Source: Desulfatiglandales bacterium
GTDB taxonomy: Bacteria > Desulfobacterota > DSM-4660 > Desulfatiglandales > Desulfatiglandaceae
Direction: 5' to 3'
Length of the DNA stretch: 64,000 nucleotides
Assembly (NCBI GenBank): GCA_963662465.1
Contig: OY759599.1
Location: forward strand, 4,256,001-4,320,000
A program made the position numbers and the translations under genes. Shown one piece after another: positions 49,239 to 59,385 of the stretch; the first letter of the stretch is position 1, and every line of letters begins with the position of its first letter. The notes under the pieces are model-generated. The model ran no database searches, was not told the origin of the DNA, and saw only the letters and a list, made by a program, of their open reading frames with translations.

Positions 49239-49736
49239 TCATATGACTTTATTGAAAGCTTTTGCCAGAGCGCTGCATACCGGACACTTCTCCGGAGGCT
49301 CATCCTCGCAGGTAAACCCGCACACGGAGCAGACATAATAGCAATCCACATCTTTGGGATTCTCCAGACTTTCCAGAGCCTTTTCGTATAATCCCGCATG
49401 CACTTTTTCTACATCATTGGCAAAGGAAAAAGAACGTACCGCCGACTTGTTGCCCTCTTTCTCCGCCTCTTCAATCATCGCCGGATACATTTCCTTAAAT
49501 TCATGGGTTTCCCCTTCAATGGCCGACTTCAGGTTTTCAGCGGTCGTCTTGACGCCCCCCAGGGTTCTCAAGTGGGCATGGGCATGAACGGTCTCGGCTT
49601 CGGCAGCCGCACGAAAAAGCCTGGCAACCTGAGAATATCCCTCATTGTCCGCCTTTTTAGCAAAGGCAAGATATTTTCGATTGGCTTGAGATTCCCCCGC
49701 AAATGCTTCCCAAAGGTTGTCTTCTGTTTTGCTCAT
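49239..49736 (-). CDS. rbr: Rubrerythrin
   Basis: Start MSKTEDNL; AFAGESQANRKY, EAETVHA, EKVH; C-terminal CSVCG...CPVC rubredoxin-like domain. Confidence 0.95.
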   Translation of the reverse strand: MSKTEDNLWEAFAGESQANRKYLAFAKKADNEGYSQVARLFRAAAEAETVHAHAHLRTLGGVKTTAENLKSAIEGETHEFKEMYPAMIEEAEKEGNKSAVRSFSFANDVEKVHAGLYEKALESLENPKDVDCYYVCSVCGFTCEDEPPEKCPVCSALAKAFNKVI

Positions 49737-50226
49737 GATCTTATTCTCCTTTCGGCTTTTTGAAATTGAATAAAAGAAATTTCCCTGAGGGGCAATGCTC
49801 CCCCAAAAAAAGACATCAAACGACTTTTTTAGAATAAAGCTGCCTAACCCCATTCATAATCCGTGCCGATAGTGCCCCAGGCAGAGAAAATTCAAAACAA
49901 ATCAATAATATCAAACATATAGTCTATTCATCGAACATGAAGGGTCTACCATCACCAACATTTTGAGACGTCTTGTACCGTAAGAGTATGGGGCATAATT
50001 GATTCAATAAAATCGCATTGCAATTTTTGACAACTTGGGGACAAAACGATAAGTGGATTTGAAAACTGTAATAAACTCAAATAAATTTCAACGACATGCG
50101 TTGCGTTTAAGATAGGAGAGCTAATGCAAAATAAAACAAAAAATTGTCGCCATAGCAATTTGGAGAGCTCAGCCGATCCGTCTCATCTCTATTTTGAGAC
50201 ATCATTGTCTCTTGAGACATCCACAA

Positions 50227-50535
50227 CTATTCAAACAAATCCTGCACCCAGGAAAGGGCTGCCGCCGCATTGGGATATCCGATGGTCGGCACCAGCAGGA
50301 TCAGGGCATGGCAAACTTCATCCGGGGTGGCGCCAGCCTCCACGGCCCGCCTTGCATGACTGTGAACCGCACCTTCGGATTTTTGTGTTGCCGCAGCCGC
50401 CAACTTGATCAATTGCACCATCTTATCATCCAGTGGTCCAGCGTTCTGAACCGCTTTTCCCAACTGATCGACAGCCTGCATGACGTCTTTGTACTCTTCC
50501 TGCAATTTCTGATAAAACTTGGGCATTTCACTCAT
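50227..50535 (-). CDS. Carboxymuconolactone decarboxylase / AhpD-like family protein
   Basis: Start MSEMPK after GGAGG; GPLDDKMVQLIKLA, SEGAVHSH, GATPDEV, TIGYP; no CxxC. Confidence 0.85.
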   Translation of the reverse strand: MSEMPKFYQKLQEEYKDVMQAVDQLGKAVQNAGPLDDKMVQLIKLAAAATQKSEGAVHSHARRAVEAGATPDEVCHALILLVPTIGYPNAAAALSWVQDLFE

Positions 50536-50687
50536 GATAAATCCTCCTTGAAAACACTCTAAACATGGGTTGATTAAAAAAATATAGTAGAAAAATAAGC
50601 TATTCGGCAATAACTGTCAAGGACAAGTCAGCAACCTTGGAAACATTTGGCATCAGGAAAAAACACCTGGGAAGATTGCCGATCTGA

Positions 50688-52082
50688 TTAACCCCGGGTC
50701 TCAATCACCCGCATGGCTTTCCATTTGCCCCCCAGAAAACGTAAAAGAAACACAATACTCAGAATCATAACATATGCCGACACATTTATCCATGAAACCA
50801 TTACACCCCAACCCATCACAACCACCCCCAGGTATGTGGGCGCCACCAGCACCAGCGCCGAAGTGATCACAATGGCAACCATCACATAGCGGGTGTCTCC
50901 GGCCCCCTTGATGGCCGAAGCAAAGACCAGGTTCATGGTGTCAAAAATCGAATAAACAGCAACAAATCTGAGCAGAAGCACGGTCAGGCGATAAATCTCG
51001 GCGAAACTCGCGGGATCGGCCCCCGCCGCAAAGGGAAGTACAAAAAGGTCCGGGAGAAAAAGATAGGCCAGCGAAATGACAAACATATACCCAAAGGTCA
51101 AATGAAATCCGGAATAAACGCTGGTTGTCGCCATATCCGGCCGGTTTTTCCCCAGGTATTGTCCCACGAGAACCGATATGGCAATACTTGAACCAATCAT
51201 CGGCATGAAAGAAAGTGTACTGATATTGAAAGCAATATTGGTGGCAGCCAGGCTCACTGTGCCCAAACGTCCCACCAGGAGAATAAAAATGGTAAACCCG
51301 GCCATATCCAGAAAAAATTGAACACCCGAGGGAAAGCCGAAACGGAGCAAACGCAACAAGAGCCTCTTTTCAGGCCGCCATCCCCTCAGGGTATGGTATT
51401 CCCGATCATACAAGGGCCTGCAGACAAGCGGAAAAAATACCAGCAGGGAGAAGATCCCTGAAATAACAGTCGCAACGCCGGCGCCGCGGATCCCCATTTC
51501 CGGAAAGCCCCATCGACCGAACACCAGGACATAGTCCAAAACGAGATTCACCCCCGTAGCCAGGATATTCACCCACATCACCGGCCATGTTCGACCCCTT
51601 CCCGCAAAAAAACCGGAAAGCGCCGTTGAAGCAATCACGGGACCCGCCCCCAGACAAAGGATAATGAAGTATTCCACCTCCAGACGCTGAATGACCGGAT
51701 CGTGATTCACGAAACGAAAGATGGGTTCCGCAAAGGGAATGAGCGCCATAACAACCCCCCCCCCTAGGGCTGAAACATAGATCCCCTGCCAAATGGCCGT
51801 CCCGATCCGGTGCTTCCGTCCCGCCCCGAAATACTGCGCCACAAAGGTATTCACATACCCAGCGGTACCGATGAACAGACTCATAATACAGAAATTGAGC
51901 ATCCCGGCCGGCATGGCAGCGGCAATGGCCTCGGGGGAATGCCATGAGAGAAACATTCGATCCACGAAATGCTGAACCGACAGTGCCCCGGTACTCAGAA
52001 TCAAGGGAAACGCGATGACCAGGAATTGACGATATCCCCCCTCGCTGCGCCATCTTTTTTTCAGGTTGCTTAAAATGGTCAT
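50688..52082 (-). CDS. MATE family efflux transporter
   Basis: FVDRMFL, FVAQYFGA, NLVLDYVLVFG.WGFPEMGIRGA, GAGDT. Confidence 0.92.
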   Translation of the reverse strand: MTILSNLKKRWRSEGGYRQFLVIAFPLILSTGALSVQHFVDRMFLSWHSPEAIAAAMPAGMLNFCIMSLFIGTAGYVNTFVAQYFGAGRKHRIGTAIWQGIYVSALGGGVVMALIPFAEPIFRFVNHDPVIQRLEVEYFIILCLGAGPVIASTALSGFFAGRGRTWPVMWVNILATGVNLVLDYVLVFGRWGFPEMGIRGAGVATVISGIFSLLVFFPLVCRPLYDREYHTLRGWRPEKRLLLRLLRFGFPSGVQFFLDMAGFTIFILLVGRLGTVSLAATNIAFNISTLSFMPMIGSSIAISVLVGQYLGKNRPDMATTSVYSGFHLTFGYMFVISLAYLFLPDLFVLPFAAGADPASFAEIYRLTVLLLRFVAVYSIFDTMNLVFASAIKGAGDTRYVMVAIVITSALVLVAPTYLGVVVMGWGVMVSWINVSAYVMILSIVFLLRFLGGKWKAMRVIETRG

Positions 52083-52191
52083 CTTTCACCCTGCATGATC
52101 ATGTCAATCTCTCTGGTTGCCATTATCGAAAGAATTCTGTATGTACTAGAAAAATACATTTTTATCCACACCATTGAGGAATCATCCGGCT

Positions 52192-52878
52192 ATGATGCAA
52201 CTGGAATCCATTGAAGCCCGTGATCTGCCCGATGCCTGGTTTCAGTGTGTTTACCGACTCCTGGAAACAGGCAGGGAATACGTCATTGACCGGGGCAGTT
52301 TTGAAGGTCAGAAACGGCTCGAGTTCGACTACGTTACCCTCCATATCAAATACCCCGGACAGCGGCCTCTTCTGCCCGAAATTCCACCGGCTCTGGGCAT
52401 TCCCAACCCCGTGGCGGACGGCTATATCGAGACATATCTGCCATATCTCATGACTTCCGCCAAACAACCCGGGGAAGACTACACCTATGGACAGTACCTG
52501 GAAGCCCAAATCGCGGAAGTCATTCGCATGTATCGAGAAGATGGTTTTGAGACCAACCAGGCCTACATGAGCGTGGGAGATCCCCAGGCGGTTTTTCTGA
52601 AAGATCCCCCCTGCCTGAGAGGGATTGATACCCGAATCAAAGCGGGAAAACTTCACTTCATTGTCTATTTCAGATCCTGGGACTTGTGGAACGGCCTTCC
52701 GGCCAACCTGGGCGCCATCCAGCTCCTTAAAGAGTACATGGCATCCTGCATCGGGGTTGAAGACGGTGAAATCATTGCATCCAGCAAAGGCCTTCACCTG
52801 TACGACTACGTATGGGAACTGGCACAGCTCAGAACCTGTCGGACCGATTCCGGGAAACCGGGGCAAGATCACCCATGA
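52192..52878 (+). CDS. thyA: Thymidylate synthase, short archaeal-like type
   Basis: YTYGQYL, DPPCLR (catalytic Cys), YFRSWD, PANL, LHLY. Confidence 0.8.
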   Translation: MMQLESIEARDLPDAWFQCVYRLLETGREYVIDRGSFEGQKRLEFDYVTLHIKYPGQRPLLPEIPPALGIPNPVADGYIETYLPYLMTSAKQPGEDYTYGQYLEAQIAEVIRMYREDGFETNQAYMSVGDPQAVFLKDPPCLRGIDTRIKAGKLHFIVYFRSWDLWNGLPANLGAIQLLKEYMASCIGVEDGEIIASSKGLHLYDYVWELAQLRTCRTDSGKPGQDHP

Positions 52879-53915
52879 CCAAAACCGATATCAAGGGATT
52901 GAGCGCAGCGGAAATGGAAGCCTGGGCCGTGGACCAGGGATTGGGGGCCTACCGGGGCCGACAGATTCGGCACTGGGTCCTGACGCGATTCGTTAAATCC
53001 TTTGACGAAATGGGAAACCTGCCCAAAACCCTGCGCGCCCTGCTCAAGGAAAAAACCGATATCTCGCCCCTGCGGGAAATCAAAGCCGTCCAAAGCGAAG
53101 ACGGCACGAGAAAATATCTTCACCAGTTACATGACGGTCATATGATCGAATCCGTACTCATTCCCGAAAGAGATCATCTGACCCTGTGCATTTCTTCCCA
53201 GGTCGGTTGCGCCATGGGCTGCCGGTTTTGCTTAACCGGAAAACAGGGATTCAGGCGAAACTTAAAACCCTCCGAAATCATTGAACAGGTAATTCTGGCA
53301 AAAAGGTCCCTGGAATATCCGGAACGACTCAAAAACATCGTATTGATGGGCATGGGAGAACCCCTGGCCAACTACGATGCGGTTATCAAAGCCCTCGGGA
53401 ACCTCATTGAACCGGACGGCATGAATTTTTCCCACCGCAAGGTAACCCTATCCACCTGCGGTCTGGTCCCCGAAATACAACGCCTGGGTCGCGATATCAC
53501 CGTCAACCTGGCGGTTTCACTCAATGCGGGGGACGACGGAACCCGGAGCCGTCTCATGCCCATCAACCGAAAGTATCCCCTTAACCAATTGATTCCGGTC
53601 TGCAAATCATTTCCGTTGCCCAACCGACGGATGATTACCTTTGAATACATTCTTATAAAGGATGTCAACGACCATGATCAGGACGCAATAAATGTCTGCG
53701 GACTCCTTTCCGGACTCAGGGCAAAAATCAACCTGATCCCACTGAATGCGGCCCCGGATTCACCCATGGCCCCACCTTCCATGGGCAAAATACTTCATTT
53801 TCAAGAAATTCTTGCGAACCACCATTTTACGGCCATCATTCGAAAAAGCAAAGGCCGTGATATTTTAGCGGCCTGCGGACAGTTAAAGGGAGCATTTCAA
53901 TCAAAATTCTGTTGA
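52875..53915 (+). CDS. rlmN: Dual-specificity RNA methyltransferase RlmN
   Basis: CISSQVGCAMGCRFCLTG, MGMGEP, INLIP, DILAACGQL. Confidence 0.95.
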   Translation: MTKTDIKGLSAAEMEAWAVDQGLGAYRGRQIRHWVLTRFVKSFDEMGNLPKTLRALLKEKTDISPLREIKAVQSEDGTRKYLHQLHDGHMIESVLIPERDHLTLCISSQVGCAMGCRFCLTGKQGFRRNLKPSEIIEQVILAKRSLEYPERLKNIVLMGMGEPLANYDAVIKALGNLIEPDGMNFSHRKVTLSTCGLVPEIQRLGRDITVNLAVSLNAGDDGTRSRLMPINRKYPLNQLIPVCKSFPLPNRRMITFEYILIKDVNDHDQDAINVCGLLSGLRAKINLIPLNAAPDSPMAPPSMGKILHFQEILANHHFTAIIRKSKGRDILAACGQLKGAFQSKFC

Positions 53916-53999
53916 CTTTCCCCGAAATTTTGTGTTAGGAACCCCTTGGTCAAGGGTCGTCGGTGGCAACCCTCTGGAAAAAGCGGACGCCTAAAGGCT

Positions 54000-54218
54000 A
54001 TGGATGAAGACCTGAAAAAGCAGATTAAGAATATGGGCTTTATAAGCAGCGTCGGCATGGCCATGGCTTTTTCCATTGCACTGGGGGTGTTGATCGGGTT
54101 CTACCTGGATAAATATTTTGGAACCAAACCCTGGCTTTTTTTCATTTTCATGGGGTTCGGCATTGCCGCTGCGTTCAGGAATCTTTATATCCTTTATAAC
54201 AAAACAAAAGAAATGTAA
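54000..54218 (+). CDS. atpZ: AtpZ/AtpI family protein
   Basis: IGFYLDKYFGTKPW, GIAAAFRN; first gene of the Fo cluster. Confidence 0.85.
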   Translation: MDEDLKKQIKNMGFISSVGMAMAFSIALGVLIGFYLDKYFGTKPWLFFIFMGFGIAAAFRNLYILYNKTKEM

Positions 54219-54604
54219 TGGTCGAAAAAACACTTCAAGAAATCAAAACATTCAACTGGGTCATCCTGTTAATATTGACTGCATTGAGCGGTATTTTCAT
54301 GACCGCCCAATTTACGTTCGGTGTGATCTTAGGCGGACTCATTATCATCGCGAATTTCAGTCTTCTGCATCACACCATGTACAAAGCTTTTTCGGATCAA
54401 AGCGTCATGAAAGGGAAAAAAATGGCGCTGGTTGCAAAATTTTATTTTAGACTTGCCATTCTGGGCCTGATCCTTTATATCCTTATCACTAATGGCTGGG
54501 TAAATCCTTTGGGCTTGGCTGTCGGTCTTTCCATCGTTGTGCTCAGTATCCTAAATTTCGGGATTCGGGCTGCTTTTAGAACATCTTCGCGGGAGGCAGT
54601 ATAA
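54218..54604 (+). CDS. atpI: ATP synthase subunit I
   Basis: Four hydrophobic segments; position before atpB. Confidence 0.8.
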   Translation: MVEKTLQEIKTFNWVILLILTALSGIFMTAQFTFGVILGGLIIIANFSLLHHTMYKAFSDQSVMKGKKMALVAKFYFRLAILGLILYILITNGWVNPLGLAVGLSIVVLSILNFGIRAAFRTSSREAV

Positions 54605-54607
54605 TCT

Positions 54608-55297
54608 ATGGAGCATCCTATTTTCTTTATTGACGCAATTCTGTCCGCCATGGGATTTGAACATTTTGCCCATCATTATTCCCATGTCACCTACACATGG
54701 CTTACCATGCTCATTCTGATCTTGAGCGCCTTTTTCATGGCCAGGAAAGTCAAACTCGTCCCTGAAGGGGGACAGAACTTTTTTGAGATGACAATCAACA
54801 CGCTCGAGGACTTTATGGTGGGAATCACGGGGCCCGAAGGGCGGTTCTTTTTTCCCTTTATCGCTACCGTGTTCCTCTTTGTTCTCGTTTCCAACCTAAT
54901 TGGTTTGGTTCCGGGAATGTTTTCTCCCACGGCCAATCTGAATACTACTTTGGCCTTGGCTCTGTGTACCTTTGTTTACACCCACATCATCGGCGTAAAA
55001 TTTCATGGCGGCAAGTATATTAAGCATTTCTGTGGTCCGGTTTGGTGGCTCATTCCCTTGATGCTTCCCATTGAATTGATTGGCCACCTGGCGCGGGTCA
55101 TGAGTCTAAGCGTTCGACTTTTCGGGAATATTTTCGGCAAAGAGATGGTCTTGGCCATTCTGTTCGGCCTTGCCGGGCTTTATCTTGCCCCCCTGCCCAT
55201 CATGTTCCTCGGCATTTTGGTGAGTTTCATTCAGGCGCTGGTTTTCATGCTGCTCTCCATCATATACTTTGTCGGCGCCATGGAACACGCCCATTAG
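54608..55297 (+). CDS. atpB: F0F1 ATP synthase subunit a
   Basis: SNLIGLVPG, SPTANL, SLSVRLFGNI, IQALVF. Confidence 0.96.
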   Translation: MEHPIFFIDAILSAMGFEHFAHHYSHVTYTWLTMLILILSAFFMARKVKLVPEGGQNFFEMTINTLEDFMVGITGPEGRFFFPFIATVFLFVLVSNLIGLVPGMFSPTANLNTTLALALCTFVYTHIIGVKFHGGKYIKHFCGPVWWLIPLMLPIELIGHLARVMSLSVRLFGNIFGKEMVLAILFGLAGLYLAPLPIMFLGILVSFIQALVFMLLSIIYFVGAMEHAH

Positions 55298-55379
55298 GTT
55301 GTTGATAATGCCTCGTTTTCAGGGGTTGTAAAGTTTATGGAAGAAGGCCATAAAAAAAATTAATGAAAGGAGGTCCACA

Positions 55380-55760
55380 ATGAATAAGAAAACGTTAGTA
55401 GGTATTTTTGCGGCAGCAATGGTGATTTGTTCAGCTTCCATGTCGTTCGCCGCCGAAGATGCCGTAGTCAAGGCTGCTGGTCTTTATGTATACTTAGGGA
55501 TCGCAATTGCCTGCGGGTTCGCCATCGGGATCGCTGCCTTAGGTTGCGGTCTTGGTATGGGTAACGCCATCAATGGCGCCCTTCAGGGAACAGCAAGAAA
55601 TCCGGAAGCGGGCGGTAAAATTATGACCACCATGATTATTGGTCTGGCTCTGATTGAATCCCTTTGTATTTACGCTCTGGTCATCTGCTTTATCCTTGTT
55701 TTCAAGATTCCGGATCTGGGAGGCATGCACGAGCTCATCGTCAAGTCCCTGGGTGCTTAA
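55380..55760 (+). CDS. atpE: F0F1 ATP synthase subunit c with N-terminal signal-like extension
   Basis: GCGLGMG, ARNPEA loop, IESLCIY. Confidence 0.95.
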   Translation: MNKKTLVGIFAAAMVICSASMSFAAEDAVVKAAGLYVYLGIAIACGFAIGIAALGCGLGMGNAINGALQGTARNPEAGGKIMTTMIIGLALIESLCIYALVICFILVFKIPDLGGMHELIVKSLGA

Positions 55761-55774
55761 TTAACCTCTTACAA

Positions 55775-55815
55775 AAAAAGGGGAGCCTACTCGCATCGTA
55801 GGCTCTCTTTTTTTT
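55775..55815 (+). terminator. Intrinsic terminator after atpE
   Basis: GGGGAGCCTAC tcgcatc GTAGGCTCTC followed by a T-run. Confidence 0.85.
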
Positions 55816-55823
55816 CTCCATGC

Positions 55824-55841
55824 ATGTGCATTATTTCACAA
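55824..55841. promoter_or_regulatory. Rex operator upstream of rex
   Basis: ATGTGCATTATTTCACAA versus consensus TTGTGAA-N4-TTCACAA, 30 nt upstream of the rex start. Confidence 0.7.
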
Positions 55842-55871
55842 TACGTTTTTCAGAATCTACATGGGTAGCCG

Positions 55872-56513
55872 ATGCCAAAGGGATCTAAAATACCAAACCC
55901 CACCATTAAGCGGCTGGCAGTTTATTCCAGGCCCCTTGAGATCCTTCTTGAAAACGGTCCGCCGGTCATATCGTCGGAAAAGCTAGCAGGTCACTGCGGT
56001 GTAAATCCCGCTCAAGTAAGAAAAGATCTGGCCTATTTTGGAGAATTCGGAATCAGGGGGGTGGGATATGACGTGCGAAGCCTGCTGCAGGCAATCAAAC
56101 AAATCCTGGCAACAGACCGGGAATGGGCTCTCTGCATCGTCGGCATGGGGCACCTCGGAAGCAGTCTGGTTCGAAGCGAAAATTTCAAAAAACGGGGCTA
56201 CATTATCAAAGCCGCCTTTGATTCCGATGCCAGAAAGGTGGGCAAAAAGCTCAACTGCGGATTGACCATTCAATCCGCTTCCGGAATTTCAAAGACGGTT
56301 CGAAAACTTGGCATTGAGATCGGGCTCATAACGACCCCCCCACACGAAGCACAGCGGGTGGCCCATCTCCTTCAAGAAGGCGGCGTTGGGGCAATCCTCA
56401 ATTTCACCACCATTCAGATCAGAACACGCAAAACGTGCATTATTGAAAACGCGGACTTATCCGTGAAACTGGAAAACCTCGTGTACCACCTGGAACAGCT
56501 GGATAAAATATGA
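55872..56513 (+). CDS. rex: Redox-sensing transcriptional repressor Rex
   Basis: TIKRLAVY, QVRKDLAYFGEFGIRGVGY, GMGHLG Rossmann motif, ILNF. Confidence 0.93.
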   Translation: MPKGSKIPNPTIKRLAVYSRPLEILLENGPPVISSEKLAGHCGVNPAQVRKDLAYFGEFGIRGVGYDVRSLLQAIKQILATDREWALCIVGMGHLGSSLVRSENFKKRGYIIKAAFDSDARKVGKKLNCGLTIQSASGISKTVRKLGIEIGLITTPPHEAQRVAHLLQEGGVGAILNFTTIQIRTRKTCIIENADLSVKLENLVYHLEQLDKI

Positions 56514-56559
56514 AATAGCGGTTCGCGGTTTTCTCAACCGGTATGAAAACCGTTAACGA

Positions 56560-59385
56560 TTATATTCCGGATTGCAGAATCTTCCGCAGGTATTGCCCGG
56601 TATAAGACGCTTCTATTTTTGCAATTTCTTCCGGGGTTCCCGTCGCCACCACATGCCCTCCGCCTCCGCCTCCTTCAGGGCCCAGGTCAATCACATAATC
56701 GGCGCCCTTGACCACATCCAGGTTATGTTCAATCACCACCACCGTATTTTTTCGCGCCACCAGATGATTTAACACCTCTAAAAGCTTTTCGATATCGGCG
56801 AAATGCAGTCCGGTGGTTGGCTCATCCAGCAAATAGAGTGTTTTTCCTGTACCCCGCTTGCTCAGCTCCCTACTCAGCTTGATCCGTTGCGCTTCCCCCC
56901 CCGAAAGGGTAGTGGCCTGCTGTCCCAGTTTGATATAGCCCACCCCCACATCCACCAGGGTCTTCAATTTTTTCCGAAGAATGGGAACAGGCTCAAAAAA
57001 GGCCAGGGCCTGGTTCACGGTCATATTCAGAACATCGGCAATGCTCTGCCCCTTGTATTGGATCTCAAGGGTATCCCGGTTGTACCGCAACCCCCGACAG
57101 ACTTCGCAGGTCACATAAACATCCGGCAAAAAATGCATTTCAATTTTGTTGATGCCGTCCCCCTTGCAGGACTCGCATCGCCCACCCTTTACATTGAAAC
57201 TGAAGCGACCCGGTTTGTACCCCCTGGCCCTGGATTCGGGCAGCATGGAGAAGATGTCCCGGATATGGGTAAATGCTCCGGTATAGGTTGCCGGATTCGA
57301 ACGAGGCGTCCTGCCGATGGGGCTTTGGTCGATATTGATCACCTTGTCCAGGTGTTCCATGCCCAGCAACGCATCCACCGGACCCACTGGGGCCTTGCCC
57401 CCATAAAGATGCCGACTGAGCGCCGGATAAAGGATACCGTTTATCAGGCTGCTCTTCCCCGAACCGGAAACCCCGGTCACACAGGTCAGGGTTCCCAGGG
57501 GAATTTCGGCTGAAATATTTTTCAAATTGTTTAGCCGCGCCCCCCGGATCAAAATGGCGCTCCCGTTCCCCTTCCGCCGAACCGCGGGAATGGGGATAGT
57601 CCGACGCCCGGACAGGTACTGCCCCGTCAGGGAATCGTGCGATTCAACCAATAGATGGGGCGGACCATTGAACACCACTTCCCCGCCCCTGATGCCCGCG
57701 CCGGGCCCCATATCGATCACCTGATCCGCCATGAGAATGGTTTCCGCATCATGCTCCACCACCAGAACACTGTTGCCCAATGCCTTCAGTTGCTTCAAGT
57801 TCTCAAGCAGTCTCAGGTTATCCCGCTGATGCAGGCCGATGCTCGGTTCATCCAGCACATAGAGTACGCCGGCAAGCCTGGAACTGATTTGCGTGGCCAG
57901 GCGGATCCGCTGGTCTTCCCCGCCCGAAAGGGTGCCCGAGGAACGGTCGAGGGTCAGATAATCAAGCCCCACACTCCTTAAAAACCCCAGACGTTCCCGT
58001 ATCTCCTTAAGTACGCCTTTCGCAATGGTTTGTTCCCGGGTCCCCAAAACCAGACCCTCGAAAAAATCATATGCCGCATCAACGGAAAAGGCCGTGAGTT
58101 CATGAATGCCCCTGCCCCCCACGCGAACAGCCAGGCTGGTGGATTTCAGCCTGGCGCCCCCACAGAGGGAACAGGACCGAATGCTCATGAATTTTTCGAT
58201 TTCATATCGCACATGGTACGAATTGGTTTCACGATAGCGCCGCTCCAGATTTGGAATGACCCCCTCAAAAGGACGATTCCGGGACTGCTTTCCGTGAGCC
58301 GTTTGAAAGTTAAAGGAGATTTTTTCCCCGCCTGAACCATATAAAAGCACCTGCCTGATTTCAGATGGGATGTTCCGAAAAGGCAGACCCCTCTCAATGC
58401 CGTAGTGATCCAGTACGGAACACAACATTTGCTGGTAATAGCCCGTATGACGTTTGGGCCATGCGGCAATGGCGCCATCGGACAGGGAAAGATCGGCATC
58501 CGCAACCACCAGCGCCGGATCAAAAGCCCGCTTTGTCCCCAGGCCGCTGCATTCCGGGCAGGCGCCCGCGGGATTATTGAAGGAGAACATCTGAGGAGTG
58601 AGCTCCGGCGTACTGATGCCGCATTTGGGACATGCCGCCTTTTGATTGAAAAACACGTCGCCTGATCCGATCACTTCAACCACCGCCCTGCCGTTACCCA
58701 GGGAAAGGGTGAGTTCCATGGTATCCGTCAACCGTCGCTGAATCGAAGACTTTATCACCAACCGATCCACCACCACCTGGATGGTATGCTTTCGATTTTT
58801 GTCGAGCGCAATGTCTTCATCCAGGAGTCGCACCGCACCATCCACGCGAACCCGTGTATAGCCATCCTTGCGAAGTTTTTGAAGAAGACGTAAATGCTCC
58901 CCCTTTCGATCTTCGATGAGGGGCGCCATAATCTGAATCCTGCGCCCCTCTTCCCAACCCAGCATCTGGTCCACGATCTGCTGGATGGTTTGGGAACGGA
59001 TCTCGATACCGCATTCAGGACAATAGGGCCGTCCCACCCGGGCGAAAAGGACCCGCATGTAGTCGTAAATTTCCGTCACCGTTCCCACCGTTGAACGAGG
59101 GTTGCGACTGAAACCCCGCTGTTCAATGGAGATGGCGGGCGATAGCCCCTCAATGGAGTCCACATCCGGTTTGTCCATCTGCTCCAGAAACTGCCTGGCA
59201 TAGGCGGATAGGGATTCCACATACCGCCGCTGTCCTTCAGCATAGATGGTGTCAAAGGCCAGGGAGGATTTGCCGGAACCGGAGAGCCCCGTAATCACCA
59301 CGAACCGGTTTCTGGGAATATCCAGGGAAATATTCTTGAGGTTGTGCTGGCGGGCGCCTCTTATTTTGATGGCATCAATAGACAT
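56560..59385 (-). CDS. uvrA: Excinuclease ABC subunit A
   Basis: [14 protein letters not shown], Zn fingers, [22 protein letters not shown]. Confidence 0.98.
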   Translation of the reverse strand: MSIDAIKIRGARQHNLKNISLDIPRNRFVVITGLSGSGKSSLAFDTIYAEGQRRYVESLSAYARQFLEQMDKPDVDSIEGLSPAISIEQRGFSRNPRSTVGTVTEIYDYMRVLFARVGRPYCPECGIEIRSQTIQQIVDQMLGWEEGRRIQIMAPLIEDRKGEHLRLLQKLRKDGYTRVRVDGAVRLLDEDIALDKNRKHTIQVVVDRLVIKSSIQRRLTDTMELTLSLGNGRAVVEVIGSGDVFFNQKAACPKCGISTPELTPQMFSFNNPAGACPECSGLGTKRAFDPALVVADADLSLSDGAIAAWPKRHTGYYQQMLCSVLDHYGIERGLPFRNIPSEIRQVLLYGSGGEKISFNFQTAHGKQSRNRPFEGVIPNLERRYRETNSYHVRYEIEKFMSIRSCSLCGGARLKSTSLAVRVGGRGIHELTAFSVDAAYDFFEGLVLGTREQTIAKGVLKEIRERLGFLRSVGLDYLTLDRSSGTLSGGEDQRIRLATQISSRLAGVLYVLDEPSIGLHQRDNLRLLENLKQLKALGNSVLVVEHDAETILMADQVIDMGPGAGIRGGEVVFNGPPHLLVESHDSLTGQYLSGRRTIPIPAVRRKGNGSAILIRGARLNNLKNISAEIPLGTLTCVTGVSGSGKSSLINGILYPALSRHLYGGKAPVGPVDALLGMEHLDKVINIDQSPIGRTPRSNPATYTGAFTHIRDIFSMLPESRARGYKPGRFSFNVKGGRCESCKGDGINKIEMHFLPDVYVTCEVCRGLRYNRDTLEIQYKGQSIADVLNMTVNQALAFFEPVPILRKKLKTLVDVGVGYIKLGQQATTLSGGEAQRIKLSRELSKRGTGKTLYLLDEPTTGLHFADIEKLLEVLNHLVARKNTVVVIEHNLDVVKGADYVIDLGPEGGGGGGHVVATGTPEEIAKIEASYTGQYLRKILQSGI

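Noticed and set aside
52162..52170. Perfect DnaA box TTATCCACA upstream of thyA
   Set aside because: A single 9-mer is expected by chance roughly once per window of this size; no cluster was seen.
55380..55760. Na+-translocating ATP synthase
   Set aside because: Subunit c has ES but lacks the Gln (Met instead) and Thr of the Q...EST..Y Na+ signature; H+ coupling is more likely but unproven.
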